From Octopus bimaculoides (Eukaryota): DNA of 33,706 bases. The translations under genes and the position numbers were made by a program. The notes below the pieces were generated by a model. The model was not told the DNA's origin and ran no database searches. It saw only the letters and a list, made by a program, of their open reading frames with translations. This document shows positions 11,700 through 24,117 of this stretch, one piece after another; position 1 is the first letter of the stretch; every line of letters begins with the position of its first letter. The stretch lies in the NCBI RefSeq assembly GCF_001194135.2, contig NC_068983.1:114043963-114077668 (forward strand), given 5' to 3'.

Positions 11700-13110
11700 A
11701 ATGTTTAGAAGGATGGGTACAGTGGTTGGTATGATTCCTTGAGGTAAGGTACAATATGGGTGATGAGAGGAGAGATGAGCAAGTTAGGGGTGGCTAAGAG
11801 GTGAGTGCATGAGCCCAGTCAGCTCCGAGTAAGAGAGGCCATTGTAGTAGCAGTAAGAAAAACAGAGAACCTATGGGCCAGGTTAGAATGTGTTAGTGAG
11901 TGACTCTTTCTTTCAATATGGTCTAGGATGTCTTTATGTGTAGCAGCTGTACCACGCCAAATGTGGGACCAGTACCCCATTATAGATCTCACTTGATCGA
12001 GTTTGTAAAGGTTTAACCCTTTACTATTTAATCCAGCCACATCTGACCCAAATATTCTTCCTGCTTTATGTTAAAGCTGACCAGATCCAATGTCTCAAAA
12101 CCTACACTACAATGTCATTCTTAAAATATACAAACACCATTGAAATTTCAAAGTTACAAGATAATGCATGATTAATTCAAAACAATGTGAATAAATAAGC
12201 AGTACATTTGACAAAGAGATCTGAATGTTAAAGGGTTAATAGTTTGTGGAGACTGAAGTGTTTTTGCTTTTTGTCCTGAAGAAGAAGGTTAGTCTTGTAA
12301 TGCATTCTTTGTAATATTGAGGATGAATGATCATTAGGAGAAATGCTCACAGAAGGTGATGTGAAATCTAGCATTTCTAACAATCTTTAGGGTTCTAGTT
12401 GTGGGTTGTTCATACTGAAGATAGAGAGCATGGTAGAATGGGGAGGGATAGTTTTGGAGAATGCAATGTGGAGAGAGTTACAGGTGAAGTAAAAAGTAAA
12501 TGTAGAGGCTTTCTCAGTAGGTATATTGCTTACAGAAGTAAGATGGTTCAGAAGTGGCAAAAAAGAAAGTTGGGATTGATCTTTATGGCAAGGGATTAAA
12601 AAGATCAATTACCTACTGCAATAATAAATATAAACTTACAAAAGAAATAAAACATTTTTATATCATTTATTCCATTTCAAAAGTGTCTTTCCAGTTTATA
12701 TTCCTTTTTATTAAGTTTTTATGAACAGGGTTTTTCTTTTTGTTTTGTTTTGTTTTGGCAGCATTTCTATATCCTTTGGGTGCTCTTCATACACTAAAAG
12801 TTCAACTGTGAATTAGAACTTGTTTATGAGTCAACCAAAGAGGGAAAAAGCAAAGTTATATGCCATATTTAGGTGTACAATGCAGAAGATATCGGATTAG
12901 AGAGAATAAAATCTGAAAACTGAGGAAACTATTGAAGGTCTGCCTCACTGACAATGGTAATAAAATCCAAAAGAGTTTGTAGGTGTCAGTAAGTTAGGTT
13001 TTCATGAGGAGTGAAACAATCTTGAAATTTTGGATATGAGTCCTTCTACAAAGTAATCAGTAATGGCTGGCAAAAGTGATAAAGAAGTGAATAGATTAAA
13101 AGATTGAGAC
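11700..13110 (-). mobile_element. Heavily decayed CR1-group (CR1/L2/Daphne-like) LINE reverse-transcriptase region
   Basis: Broken minus-strand frames give EGLISKISRLFHSS, LSNPISS, NITKNA..RLTFFFRTK..HFSLHKLLNLYKLDQVRSIMGYWSHIWRGTAATHKDILDHIERK. The last matches the CR1-group motif LYKAQVRP.MEYCSHIW. Confidence 0.65.
12017..12235 (+). mobile_element. piggyBac-type MITE nested in the CR1-group LINE
   Basis: TTAA|CCCTTTAC...TAAAGGG|TTAA, 219 bp. Confidence 0.85.
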
Positions 13111-13129
13111 AGGAAATGAGGAAGAGGTG

Positions 13130-13990
13130 ATTGGTAGAAAGTAAAGCGTGGGTTATAAGGAAGGAAGGTAGAGAGAAGTGGTTGGTGCAAGAGGTGGTGT
13201 GAGGAAGGGTTTGCAGGGCAGTGTGAATTAACCAGTGAAGGGCAAACAGTCACAGTTGCAACAAAACAAAAAAAAAAGTAGAAAAGGAGTGATGCGAAGA
13301 AAAACATAAGAAGGTGCAGAATTAGAGATAAGTATCCAAACCACAAGGAGTGGAAGTTCCTAGTTGGAAAATAAGCTGTTGCTCACTAAGCTTGCAGGTA
13401 GCCTTTCAACCATTGGGCTGGCAAACTCTGAAAATGCAGAGAGAGATGAGGGTGGTCAAGGGAGTTAAGGTAGTGAGGTTTCAGTTTCAAAATGCCAGGA
13501 ATATTATTGCAGACATCATCAATCAAGTATTCGTGGAAATGGTCACCTAGACACCAAGTGGTCTGACCAATAAATCAGGCATTACAGTGATGGCATGCAA
13601 TGCAGTAAACCAGATTAGCAGAAGTGCAATCAAAGTGGTCAGAAATGTGGATAGCAGGCTTGGGGCCTCAACTGACTGTGGTGTTGTAAGTGTTGCACTA
13701 GGATGCAAGAACAAGTGAAGGTTCTGGGTGTTGGATTAAAAGAGCTCTTGACCAGAAGGCAGTGTAAATTTTTATCACATTTGAGAGAGAAGAATTGAGA
13801 TTCAAGGAAGATGAAAGAAGAGGAGATTTATAGATGAGAGGAATGGAATTTCAGGGAAGATGGGAAAAGTTGCAGGGTCGAACTATAAAAGACAGGAGTC
13901 ATTAAGAATGGTTTAGTGGAGCAACTGAATAGCAGGAAGGTGAAAGTAGGGGTAGGGAATGTGGATGACAGTGCTGGACAAAAGGGCAGC
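13130..13990 (-). mobile_element. Decayed Penelope-like retroelement (GIY-YIG endonuclease region and pyrimidine-rich 3' part)
   Basis: Minus-strand pieces read IFPEIPFLS..KCDKNLHCLLVKSS; HFDCTSANLVYCIACHHCNA*FIGQTTWCLGDHFHEY (~13520-13637); and CKLSEQQLIFQLGTSTPCGLD (~13335-13400). These are the characteristic Penelope endonuclease motifs. Confidence 0.75.
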
Positions 13991-14781
13991 AGTGCAGCTG
14001 ATAAGATAGACTGAGTAGAGTTAATCCAACACCTTAACCTTAGGACTACTGTACCGTATTATTCATATATTTTAAAATGAATTTAGCATAAAAATATGAC
14101 AGAATAAATTAAAACTGCTAATTTACATTAAGAATTATACCTTTCATTATAGAACATACTTACAACTGTAACAGATTCATTTAAAAAATCTCTCTCAGCT
14201 TTTCACAAATAATTTGCTGTAAGGAATGAATAAAACATTGTTTCTCTATATCTCAATAAATTTAATCAAGGTTTGAAAGCTGTGGCCCCATTTTAACTGA
14301 GGGAATTTAGCTTCTTTTGCAATTGTTCATGAATCCTGCTAAAGAGCAGGCTAAATGATTACAAAAAGTATCTTACATCAGACCAAGCCCCTCCCTTGTT
14401 TGCCATTTACTGCATCACCTATATCCCTAACTCTAACCATCTGTTGCTCACCTTACACTCTTGTGAACTTACCTGATCCTCTGTCCCTATCCCCACCATC
14501 TGTTCCTCTGTCCTCGTCTCCTTCACAGTCACTCTCTTGTGCCTTGAGGGTACATCTTGACACATTACAATCTTCTCTCCCTTGTCTGCTGGAGTAGCTA
14601 TGTATCTCCTCAAACAACCAGACACCTCTTTCCAGCTATCATACTCTTGCCTCATAATGCCTGGCATGAACCACCTCCCTCAATACTACATCCACCTTAA
14701 TCAAGGGATCTTGTCTAGCAAGCTACATGGCAACCTCACAAGTGCTGGTAAGATGAAGAATCTTTAAGTATGCTCTGTAAA

Positions 14782-14926
14782 ATGGTTGGCATTAAGAAGG
14801 GCATTCAGTCATAAAAACCATGTTAAAATGGACATTGGAGTTCTATGCAGTTCTCTGACTTGTCAGATCCTGTTAAACCATCCAGCCCATCCCAGCAAGA
14901 AATATGGATGCTAAATGATGATGATG
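14782..14926 (+). mobile_element. Old diverged RTE-family 3' tail
   Basis: tggttggcattaagaagggcattcag...gatgctaaa(TGA)n is a degenerate match to the young tail. A similar remnant lies at ~8740-8920. Confidence 0.55.
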
Positions 14927-17900
14927 GTTTCAAGAACAGAAAAAAAAATTAAAATTTGACTTGTCGAAGAAGAAAGAAGACTATTTCAGTTTGTAATGGG
15001 AAGTATACAGAACAAACTGGATTCATTAATTGCAAGTAGTACCAATCTAATGATTTATGATATACTGTGTATAATGATGATAATGCTGAAATGAATTCTT
15101 TTCAAAATAATTTCAAGTGTGTTTACTGTTTATTTTAACCTAACTTGACAAGATAAAGGCTTTATTAACCAATTAAGGGTATTTTCATTCAAAACTAGTG
15201 ATTAGAAACTTAATCTTTACTATCAATAATCTAATGTAACAAAATGTTAAAAAAACTGATTAGTATAGGTTCATAAAAATATTTTTGGAACTTTGACAAC
15301 CACCACCAGAGGACTATTTTTTTTTGGGGGGGGGGAGATTTCAGTTACTCATGGTGGTTTATTTATGTAATGCCTAGAGCAAAAAAAAAAATGTTCTATA
15401 GTTTGTATTTTTATTATATAAAAATAAAATTATTATTATTAGTTGCTCAGTCTGTAGTTAAGAATTGTGTATCTACTGAGAGAGTACTTGGACAGAATCT
15501 GGGTCTTAGTCTCTCACATTTTCAAGCCATTTGACTCTATAGATTATAATCATGAAAATTAGTTTTACATTTCAATGTAAGGGTTTGAAAAAAAGAATGA
15601 AGAAACTGAAATAAAAGATAATCTAAATCTGAAATTCTTTACTGAATATATGATCTTAGATCTTATTTTAGTCTACATACGACTTCTACTTAATCTTTAT
15701 TATTGCTTATCAAAGACTGCTGAATGGTTATTCATGAGGACGACTCAATTAGTGTCACAACAACCTTGGTTCCTTGCCTTGCATCAATTTCAATCCAATT
15801 CATTAAGACTTGTTCTATTTTGACTCTCTCTTAAATTTCATGAGCTAATCTATTAGCTTCAAAACCTTAAGAATTGTTCTAAAACACTATGCATTCCCTT
15901 GTAGCTGTTGACTGTGTTAACAGAAAATTCATCATAATCACATATTTACTGCAAGTCTTTTAGCATTTTGATATGACTGAGAAACAAAATTTCTTATCCT
16001 TAGCTGTCTTTTCTTAATCTAATCTTACAACTGTACACCCTAAAGATTACTTCTACTTATACAACTATGAACATAAATAGAAGTTTACATACTATAATAT
16101 TTTGGAATTCTGCCCTGTGATTCTATGACTGAACTGCATTATTCTTTGGCTAAAGGTTTATTACTACATGCCCTTCCTAACAGCAACAACAGTTTTTTCA
16201 TGACACTAGTATTAGAGATCCTCACCACTTTGTACCAATTTTATTTAAGACTGATTACTCTCTTAGAAAGGTTGTTATCATTATACCATAAGAAGTATTC
16301 TCAATTCTGTACAAGTGTTTGAAAGGTTTAAGTTGCAGTGCCAATATTTCTAGCTGGGTTTCTTTCACTACAGCAGAAAAGCTTATCTCTTCTAAGCGGG
16401 TACATATGTACTGTGGAAAAGTAACAATGTACATTCCACATGCTGGTTAGTGACTAAAAGCTTATGAAGACAAGCTTGGTTATCTATTAATATAAACATG
16501 AAAACATTAAGAGAAAATGAACAAATAATGTATATCTTTGGGAATATTTATATGCTGAAAGCCTGGTTCTCATTGCAGAATCTTTAGGAGTTGCAAATAA
16601 CATTCCAAACCTGAAAGAACTGTCAAGAATCCAGTAACTTAAAAAAGGTAAATATATCGAAGACTAATGAAACTGCAGTGCTATCAAGTGGCCTTCCTCA
16701 ATATGTAATAGCTGATGCTATTAACTCAGTTCAAATAATGGACATACAAGGAAGTACAGTTGGATCTCTGGCAGCATGATCGAGAACAAGAACTGGAGAT
16801 GTGAGAGATATACAGGACTAGTTGGCAATAACTGGCATCTATAAAATAAGGTTCGGGCAGTTCACTGTGTATGATAGTTTCTGTTAATCAGTACTATAGG
16901 TGACTTATGAAAAAATACTTGCCAGAATACAGAAGAATGAGTGAGAAAGGAAGTTCAAGATGTTGACAACAAAGCATTACTATCTTCCATTCAAAAGGTA
17001 GATAGTATAAAGTATATAAAAGTGTGATACTGTATGATAGGAAGACACATCACTGTATGTGGAGGATTAGTGTAATTTGGAGAAAAATTAGTTACACATG
17101 ATCCATTAAATACATAATGTTAATATGCATAAATGGTGGAGTACATGCAAGTTGAGAGAATAACTAGGCATTAAAAGCCTTTACCAAAAGAATATCAGAT
17201 AGACAGTGTCTACATATGATAGATGTTGAAAGTTAATGGATGAAGAGTGCTATGTAAAAGAATATTGTGATAATAGAAGGTACCTACAGTAGAGGAAAAC
17301 CAAATATATGGGGAAAAAATTACAAGGTCACAGCCAATGACACAGGAACTCTGAGACAAAATGACAAAGGATTGAAATAAGTGGTGATGTACTGTCCATG
17401 TTAGTGCAAAAAAAAAAGTTATAATCATTAAGTTACAATGTGATATAATAATTAAATTGTATCAAACAAAAAATATATTACCAAAAAGAAATACAATACT
17501 TTATTTATGATCGAAATCTATAAATATAAGAAATATCCATATGTACATGTCTCTGCTAAATTGTCAATAAAAATAATATGAAATATAGAAAATACTAAAT
17601 ACAAAATTTAATCTTTTTAATAATGATTTCTTTTAATAATAAAATTGTAAATTCCATTCAGAAAGTTGAATATTGCATTCAAATGAAACAAACCTGTGAC
17701 CTCTTTAATTAACAGTAAACAGTCAATCTTCAATTGAAACATTTAAATGAAGTTCTGAACCAAATGTGCTATTAGCACTCAATTAGAAACATTTTGTATT
17801 GGTTGTATCTTAAGCAATGAGCTTTATGCAAACAGAAGCATTAATAAGCCATTATAAGAATGCAATTACTTTCCTAAATACATGATATCACTATAATTAA

Positions 17901-18250
17901 TGTTGCCATGTTAATCCTTCTATGTTGACACACACAATTTTTGAACTACTATTCTTAATTTACTTATATCTTCAGCATATTTCTTTTTGCCTATCACACT
18001 GCTTAGGTTAATTTTAGCTGTGTCAAAGTAAGATTTTCCTTGTTCTTCGCTTCAGTTATGAATAACATATTTTCTTACCCAATTTTCACTAACTATTGTC
18101 ATAAGCTTATGACCTGAATCATATCCTGGAAGTGCACTTTAATTTTCAATAACATTTTCCGCTTATTTGGATTTCTGTTCAGGCTTCCAAATTATATTTA
18201 CATCCATTCATACTTATTTCCAACTTGCCCTTCTTCACTGATATCAGATT

Positions 18251-18611
18251 AGCGAGATCGACATTCGAGCGAGATCGACATTCGAGCGAGATCGACATTC
18301 GAGCGAGATCGACATTCGAGCGAGATCGTTGCCAGTGCCGCTGGACTGGCTCCCGTGCAGGTGGCACACAAAAGACACCATTTTGAGTGTGGCCATTGCC
18401 AGTACCACCTGACTGGCCTTCATGCCGGTGGCACGTAAAAGCACCCACTACACTCTCGGAGTGGTTGGCATTAGGAAGGACATCCAGCTATAGAAACTCT
18501 GCCAAATCAGATTGGAGCCTGGTGAAGCCATCTGGCTCACTAGTCCCCAGTCAAACCGTCCAACCCATGCTAGCATGGAAAGCGGACATTAAATGATGAT
18601 GATGATGATGA
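18251..18611 (+). mobile_element. RTE-clade LINE 3'UTR copy with a 4.5x 17-bp reiteration at its 5' junction
   Basis: agcgagatc(gacattcgagcgagatc)x4 at 18251-18327, then the family 3'UTR and (GAT)n tail. Confidence 0.85.
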
Positions 18612-19889
18612 CAACAACTATCATAGACATTATATAAAAGTACACAGTAGTGAAATATTAAAATACCATTTTAAAAAAGAAAAAAGTCTTCAAATAAGTC
18701 TTATAAGCAAAACCCATGGAAATTCCAAGGCTTTTGTTATTGAACTGGGGGACTTTGTTCTTATTGTGGAGGAGAAGACAAGAGCAAATGGCAGGCAAAA
18801 CAGAGGGAGACAGGAAAAAATAAGAGAAGTTTTAACAGGTGTTAGTTGGGGTGGTAACAGTGAAAGACAGGAAAAAAAGAACAAAATGAAATGCTGCAGA
18901 ATCCATAGATGTATAATCACACGCACACATATTTACACATACAATAAGAACTGTAATAGTTTGTTGTGGTATGGTGTTAGTTAATGGAGATGGTCATGGT
19001 AGTTTTTATAAGTAAGTAAAGAAATAATGGCAAACAATTTTTGTGAACTGAAATTTTTCCTTCTGTTGCCTTGCAACAATTGACATGGCTGACACCAACA
19101 CTACCAGGATTGCTAACAACAAATTAACATCATGATCACCACCATCTATCATCTCTTATTTTCCCTTCTTTTTTTTATGGCTTTCTTTCTCTTTCACCTT
19201 TGAAATGGTAGTTAGATAAGAACATATTATGTTAATATATAGACAATTTAATACACATACACAAAATATATGCATTTAAGTGAAATTGAAGCTTTCCTCT
19301 GTGGCTAAATAGTTTTGTACATAAAAACTTGATTTGCAATCACAAGGTTCTGAGTTTGATCCTATTGTACAGCAACTCAAGCATTTTGTACTTTAACAAT
19401 GGTTACCTGAAGCAATCCGACTGAAAATGGGTTTAGGGAATCAGTGTAGTAGTCTACAGGACTGCACCTATTCTTGATTGGTACAATCACTCCCTCACTT
19501 TGTTTCAAACCACTACTTGCCTTTTAGGTACCTTCAACAGAGTCCACTATGATGAAAGCAACTGCACTAGATCTCTAACCTGAAGATAACTATAAATTTT
19601 AAAGCTCTGCTTCTTAAGGCAGCCATCCCCAACCTCCAAGCCTGGATGCTGCCTGTTTTTCTCTAACCAAGCCAATACTCAATACTCTTGTACTAAAACT
19701 GAAACTAGTTGGAAAAAGTAAATATATAATTATTTTCTAATTTGTATTTATGTCCATGTTTCCATGAGTTAGATAAATATATTTCTAAGGTATTGTTTTT
19801 ACAGCTGGATGCCATTCCTGTCACTAACACTTATCTAAATTGTAGCTCACAATTTACTGAGAAAAACAGAATCAAACACATACATATAT

Positions 19890-20046
19890 ATTACAAGGAA
19901 CTTTTGGTTTCTGTCAACTAAATCTATTTGTAAGGTTTTGATCAGCCTGGGGCTGTATAGAAGATATTTGATCATGGTACTATGCAGTAGGATTGAACTC
20001 AAAATTGCATGATTGGGAAGCAAATTTCTAAACCAGTCATACCTGC
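19890..20046 (-). mobile_element. Old tRNA-derived SINE head (diverged copy of the 20728-21148 family)
   Basis: Degenerate alignment to the 21000-21148 head (gcagtaggattgaactc.. vs gcagtgggactgaaccc..). Confidence 0.5.
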
Positions 20047-20314
20047 ATCTATAATACATCATCAGCAGCAACACTGTTTTAATGTCCTTTTTTTCTGCAC
20101 TTATATGGCTCAGAGAGAATTTGTTGAGGGAGATTTTCTATGGTCAGATGGCCTTCCTGTCACATCCTTCACCTATTTCCAAGCAAGGCAATATTTCTCC
20201 ATGGCCAGATAGGCTTTTTATGGAAGACTAGAAATGAACTACATTAATCATATGATTGTGATGTTAATTTACAACCATCACCTGATGTCAAGTCAATGGT
20301 ACATACAAATACAC

Positions 20315-20487
20315 ACATGCTTCTTACAATTTCAGTCTACCAAATCAACTCACAAGGCTAATGTCAGCTTAGGACTTATAGTAATAGACACTTGCAAAAG
20401 ATGCTGCACAGTGAGGCTGAATCCCAAACCACATGGTTGGGAAGTAAGCTTTCTTAACCATACAGCCGTACCTGCACACACTCTTCT
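20315..20487 (-). mobile_element. Diverged tRNA-derived SINE head
   Basis: tctaccaaatcaactcacaaggc..tatagtaatagacacttgc..accacatggttgggaagtaagc aligns to 21000-21145. Confidence 0.65.
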
Positions 20488-20727
20488 TAAACAAGTGTGT
20501 ATTTGACAGTGACTTCGAAGTTTTGGCCAGCTAAGCTATCATTGGACTGTGATGCTTTGGAGTTAGTCTTGCCTTTATATAGTCTCTTGAGTTAAAAATC
20601 TTCCTTGGGTGTGTGGGTTTAGTGAAGTGGTCATTAGGTTTTTATGGTTGGTTGTTATGGGGAATTGTTTGAGGATAAATTTTAATTGACCAGGGTTATG
20701 TTATTGCTTAAAATTTATTCATGTATA

Positions 20728-20934
20728 CTCTTTTACTTGTTTCAGTCATTTGACTGTGGCCATGCTGGAGCACCGCCTTTAGTCGAGCAAATCAACCCCA
20801 GGACTTATTCTTTGGAAGCCTAGTACTTATTCTATCGGTCTGCTTTGCCGAACCGCTAAGTTACAGGGACGTAAACACAACAGCATCAGTTGTCAAGCGA
20901 TGTTGGGGGGACAAACACAGACACACAAATATAT

Positions 20935-20973
<39 letters not shown>

Positions 20974-21148
20974 CATACATATATACAATGGGCTTTTTCA
21001 GTTTCCGTCCACCAAATCCACTCATAAGGCATTGGTCAGCTCGAGGCTATAGTAGAAGACACTTGCTCAAGGTGCTATGCAGTGGGACTGAACCCGGAAC
21101 CATGTGGTTCGTAAGCAAGCTACTTACCACACAGCCACTCCTACACCT
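20728..21148 (-). mobile_element. Full-length tRNA-derived SINE with an internal microsatellite
   Basis: Sense strand has A-box-like TGGCTGTGTGGTAAG, B-box-like GGTTCAGTCCC, a ccttgagcaag core-like motif, a central (AT)n/(ATGT)n tract and a gtaaaagag end. Possible TSD ATGTAT at 20721-20726 and 21149-21154. Confidence 0.85.
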
Positions 21149-21989
21149 ATGTATGTAGAACTTTGTAACCAAGTCTGTAGGGATTTCTCTTATGTTAGGT
21201 AGGCTCAGGTGTAACTGTATTTTTGTTTTTGCTATTATTGGATTTAATCCTCTCACTTTGAATGTGAAGGCCAAAAGCACAAAGTCTAGTATTCTAGTGC
21301 TGTCATTAGGTGTGTCAACTTTTTTTCATAAAAAGAATGTAGGTAGGTGGTAAGTTTAGGCTGGGCATTTTTTTTCTTATTTGTTGTTGGGAATTGTTAG
21401 TCAGGAATATCATGGCTTTGTTAATACAGAAAATCATTTCTCTAATGCTTTAATGTTCACAAAAGTATTTGAGTAAAGGTTGTATGCCTATGCATTTCTT
21501 TATAGCTATGGTTGTTGTTCAATTCAAGGCCAGGAGAAATAGACCAAGCCTATGATTAAAGATATTTCAGCTGTGACCATCAAGTTTTTTTCACTGTATC
21601 TAAGAGTATATTATCCAAGGAGTCCTCTTTTCACATGTGGTAATGTACATGGAGGGTCATTCGGCTGCCATTTCTAACAGACCAAGTGATGTCATAGAAG
21701 CTCCTTTGTTACCTAGGTCTTCCAAAGCTATCAGTCTGGTTTGAATTTACAGTATTACAAGCACTATTAGAAGTAGTAGTTTGGGAGTATGTGCTGTAAC
21801 ACTGCATTGCAGCATTCACTGTTTGTTGGGGAGCCCCTACTCCTAGGAGATGACACCTTAGTAGTACTCAGGCAACAACCCTCTAACCCATGAGTCTGTT
21901 TGGATAGTTATTGCTGATAGAGTGCAAATCCTTCCTCAACCATGTTTAGTCACCTTTTATGACACACAAGAAATATTGGGTCTATTCTT

Positions 21990-22130
21990 TGACATGCCAG
22001 TCACCACACAGTACTAGAGCAACATGAAATGAAGTGTTTAGCTCAAAAACACAACATGTCACCTGGTCCAGGAAACAAACCCATAATCTAGCAATCATGA
22101 GTGCAACCACCAGGCCATGCACCATCACTA
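21990..22130 (-). mobile_element. Degenerate tRNA-like SINE head of a second family
   Basis: gagcaacatgaaatgaagtg.tt.gctcaa..acacaac..ccaggaa.caaaccc.., which on the minus strand reads as a decayed tRNA head with a B-box-like motif. Confidence 0.4.
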
Positions 22131-22167
22131 GAAAAATCAAATCTTTGTTGGTTAGCGACACATTTAA

Positions 22168-22387
22168 CCCTTTAGTATTCAGATTACTCTGTTAAATGTT
22201 ATACTTTTTCACTCAAATTGTTTTGAATGAATCATGCATTATCTTATAGCTTTGAGGTTTCAATGATGTGATTGTTTATTTTTAGAATGTCAATGTAGGT
22301 TAGGTGTGAGAGGCTAGATATCGCCAGTTTGAATATAAAACATGTAGAATATCTGGGCCAGATATGGCCAGTTTAAACACTAAAGGG
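22168..22387 (-). mobile_element. piggyBac-type MITE
   Basis: TTAA|CCCTTTAGTATT...AACACTAAAGGG|TTAA, 220 bp. Reverse-orientation homologue of 12017-12235. Confidence 0.85.
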
Positions 22388-22778
22388 TTAAGGTAATAAC
22401 ATACTAATAACTTCCAAGGCTTTGCTTAACTGTAAAAGTTTGTGGAATGGAACAATTTTTTTATTCCCCCAGCAAGAAGAAAACTCTATAAATGCAAAGT
22501 AACAACTCAGCTAATCACATAGTTTTCAATGGCACTGACATATGGGTGTGGAAATTTGGCAGTCATTGTTGTTAGTAGAGCTGTTTTCCACTAGGTGTTT
22601 AGTTGTGAAACAATGGTTTGTAAAATAACAGTTCAGTACAACTAAAGATTTAGGCTGGTACAACATCAACTTCTAATTCAACATACATTTATTGAATCAA
22701 CTCCATAAATTGGTCATACCAACAAGAATGTGGCTCATATTTAGTCACTGTAAAATTAATATTTCAGTAGAATATGTT

Positions 22779-24117
22779 TATGCTGATGACCTTGCCCTAA
22801 TTGCAGAGTCACGATCAGAACTAGAGGAGAAGTTTCAGGTGTGGAAGCAAGGTCTAGAATTGAAGGGCCTTAGAGTCAACCCAGCTAAAACCAAAATCCT
22901 AATAAGTAGGAAGGTAGATAAAACACAAACCCCTTCAGGTAGATGGCCCTGCTCAGTATGTAGAAAAGGAGTAGGTAGTAACTCTATAAGATGTACCCGG
23001 TGCAAGCTATGGACAAATAAGGGGTGCAGCAACATCAAAGGCAGGTTAACTAGCAGGTTAGTTTTTGTTTGTGGCAGATGTTCAGGTGCAATAAAGACTG
23101 TAAACAAACAGGAAACAATTNNNNNNNNNNNNNNNNNNNNNNNNNNNNNNNNNNNNNNNNNNNNNNNNNNNNNNNNNNNNNNNNNNNNNNNNNNNNNNNN
23201 NNNNNNNNNNNNNNNNNNNNNNNNNNNNNNNNNNNNNNNNNNNNNNNNNNNNNNNNNNNNNNNNNNNNNNNNNNNNNNNNNNNNNNNNNNNNNNNNNNNN
23301 NNNNNNNNNNNNNNNNNNNNNNNNNNNNNNNNNNNNNNNNNNNNNNNNNNNNNNNNNNNNNNNNNNNNNNNNNNNNNNNNNNNNNNNNNNNNNNNNNNNN
23401 NNNNNNNNNNNNNNNNNNNNNNNNNNNNNNNNNNNNNNNNNNNNNNNNNNNNNNNNNNNNNNNNNNNNNNNNNNNNNNNNNNNNNNNNNNNNNNNNNNNN
23501 NNNNNNNNNNNNNNNNNNNNNNNNNNNNNNNNNNNNNNNNNNNNNNNNNNNNNNNNNNNNNNNNNNNNNNNNNNNNNNNNNNNNNNNNNNNNNNNNNNNN
23601 NNNNNNNNNNNNNNNNNNNNNNNNNNNNNNNNNNNNNNNNNNNNNNNNNNNNNNNNNNNNNNNNNNNNNNNNNNNNNNNNNNNNNNNNNNNNNNNNNNNN
23701 NNNNNNNNNNNNNNNNNNNNNNNNNNNNNNNNNNNNNNNNNNNNNNNNNNNNNNNNNNNNNNNNNNNNNNNNNNNNNNNNNNNNNNNNNNNNNNNNNNNN
23801 NNNNNNNNNNNNNNNNNNNNNNNNNNNNNNNNNNNNNNNNNNNNNNNNNNNNNNNNNNNNNNGGCACATAAAAGACACCATTTCGAGCTTGGCCGTTGCC
23901 AGTATCGCCTGACTGGCCTTCGTGCAGGTGACACGTTAAAGCACCTACTACACTCTCTGAGTGGTTGGCGTTAGGAAGGGCATCCAGCTGTAGAAACTCT
24001 GCCAAATTTAGATTGGAGCCTGGTGTTGCCATCCGGTTTCACCAGTCCTCAGTCAAGTCGTCCAACCCATGCTAGCATGGAAAGCGGACGTTAAACGATG
24101 ATGATGATGATGATGAT
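22779..24117 (+). mobile_element. RTE-clade LINE, 5'-truncated at the RT catalytic motif; the middle is in a gap
   Basis: Open frame YADDLALIAESRSELEEKFQVWKQGLELKGLRVNPAKTKIL..WPCSVCRKGVGSNSIRCTRCKLWTNKGCSNIKGRL..VCGRC. After the gap come the family 3'UTR and (GAT)n tail in the same orientation. No TSD seen, so joining across the gap is inferred. Confidence 0.85.
23121..23862. other. Assembly gap inside the RTE copy
   Basis: Run of 742 N. Confidence 1.

Noticed and set aside
15660-18240. Protein-like stretches in broken frames (e.g. ERVKIEQVLMNWIEID.., LSSGLPQYVIADAINSVQ.., SALPGYDSGHKLMTIV..)
   Set aside because: Stop density is close to random expectation for this AT content; no motif recognised and no paralogue to test against.
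18251-18327. CRISPR-like appearance of the 17-bp repeats
   Set aside because: The repeats are contiguous with no spacers, the context is eukaryotic, and the unit derives from the LINE 3'UTR.
22570-22750. Exon-like minus-strand frame (TKYEPHSCWYDQFMELIQ*..) after a tttacAG
   Set aside because: Four stops in about 60 codons, as expected by chance.
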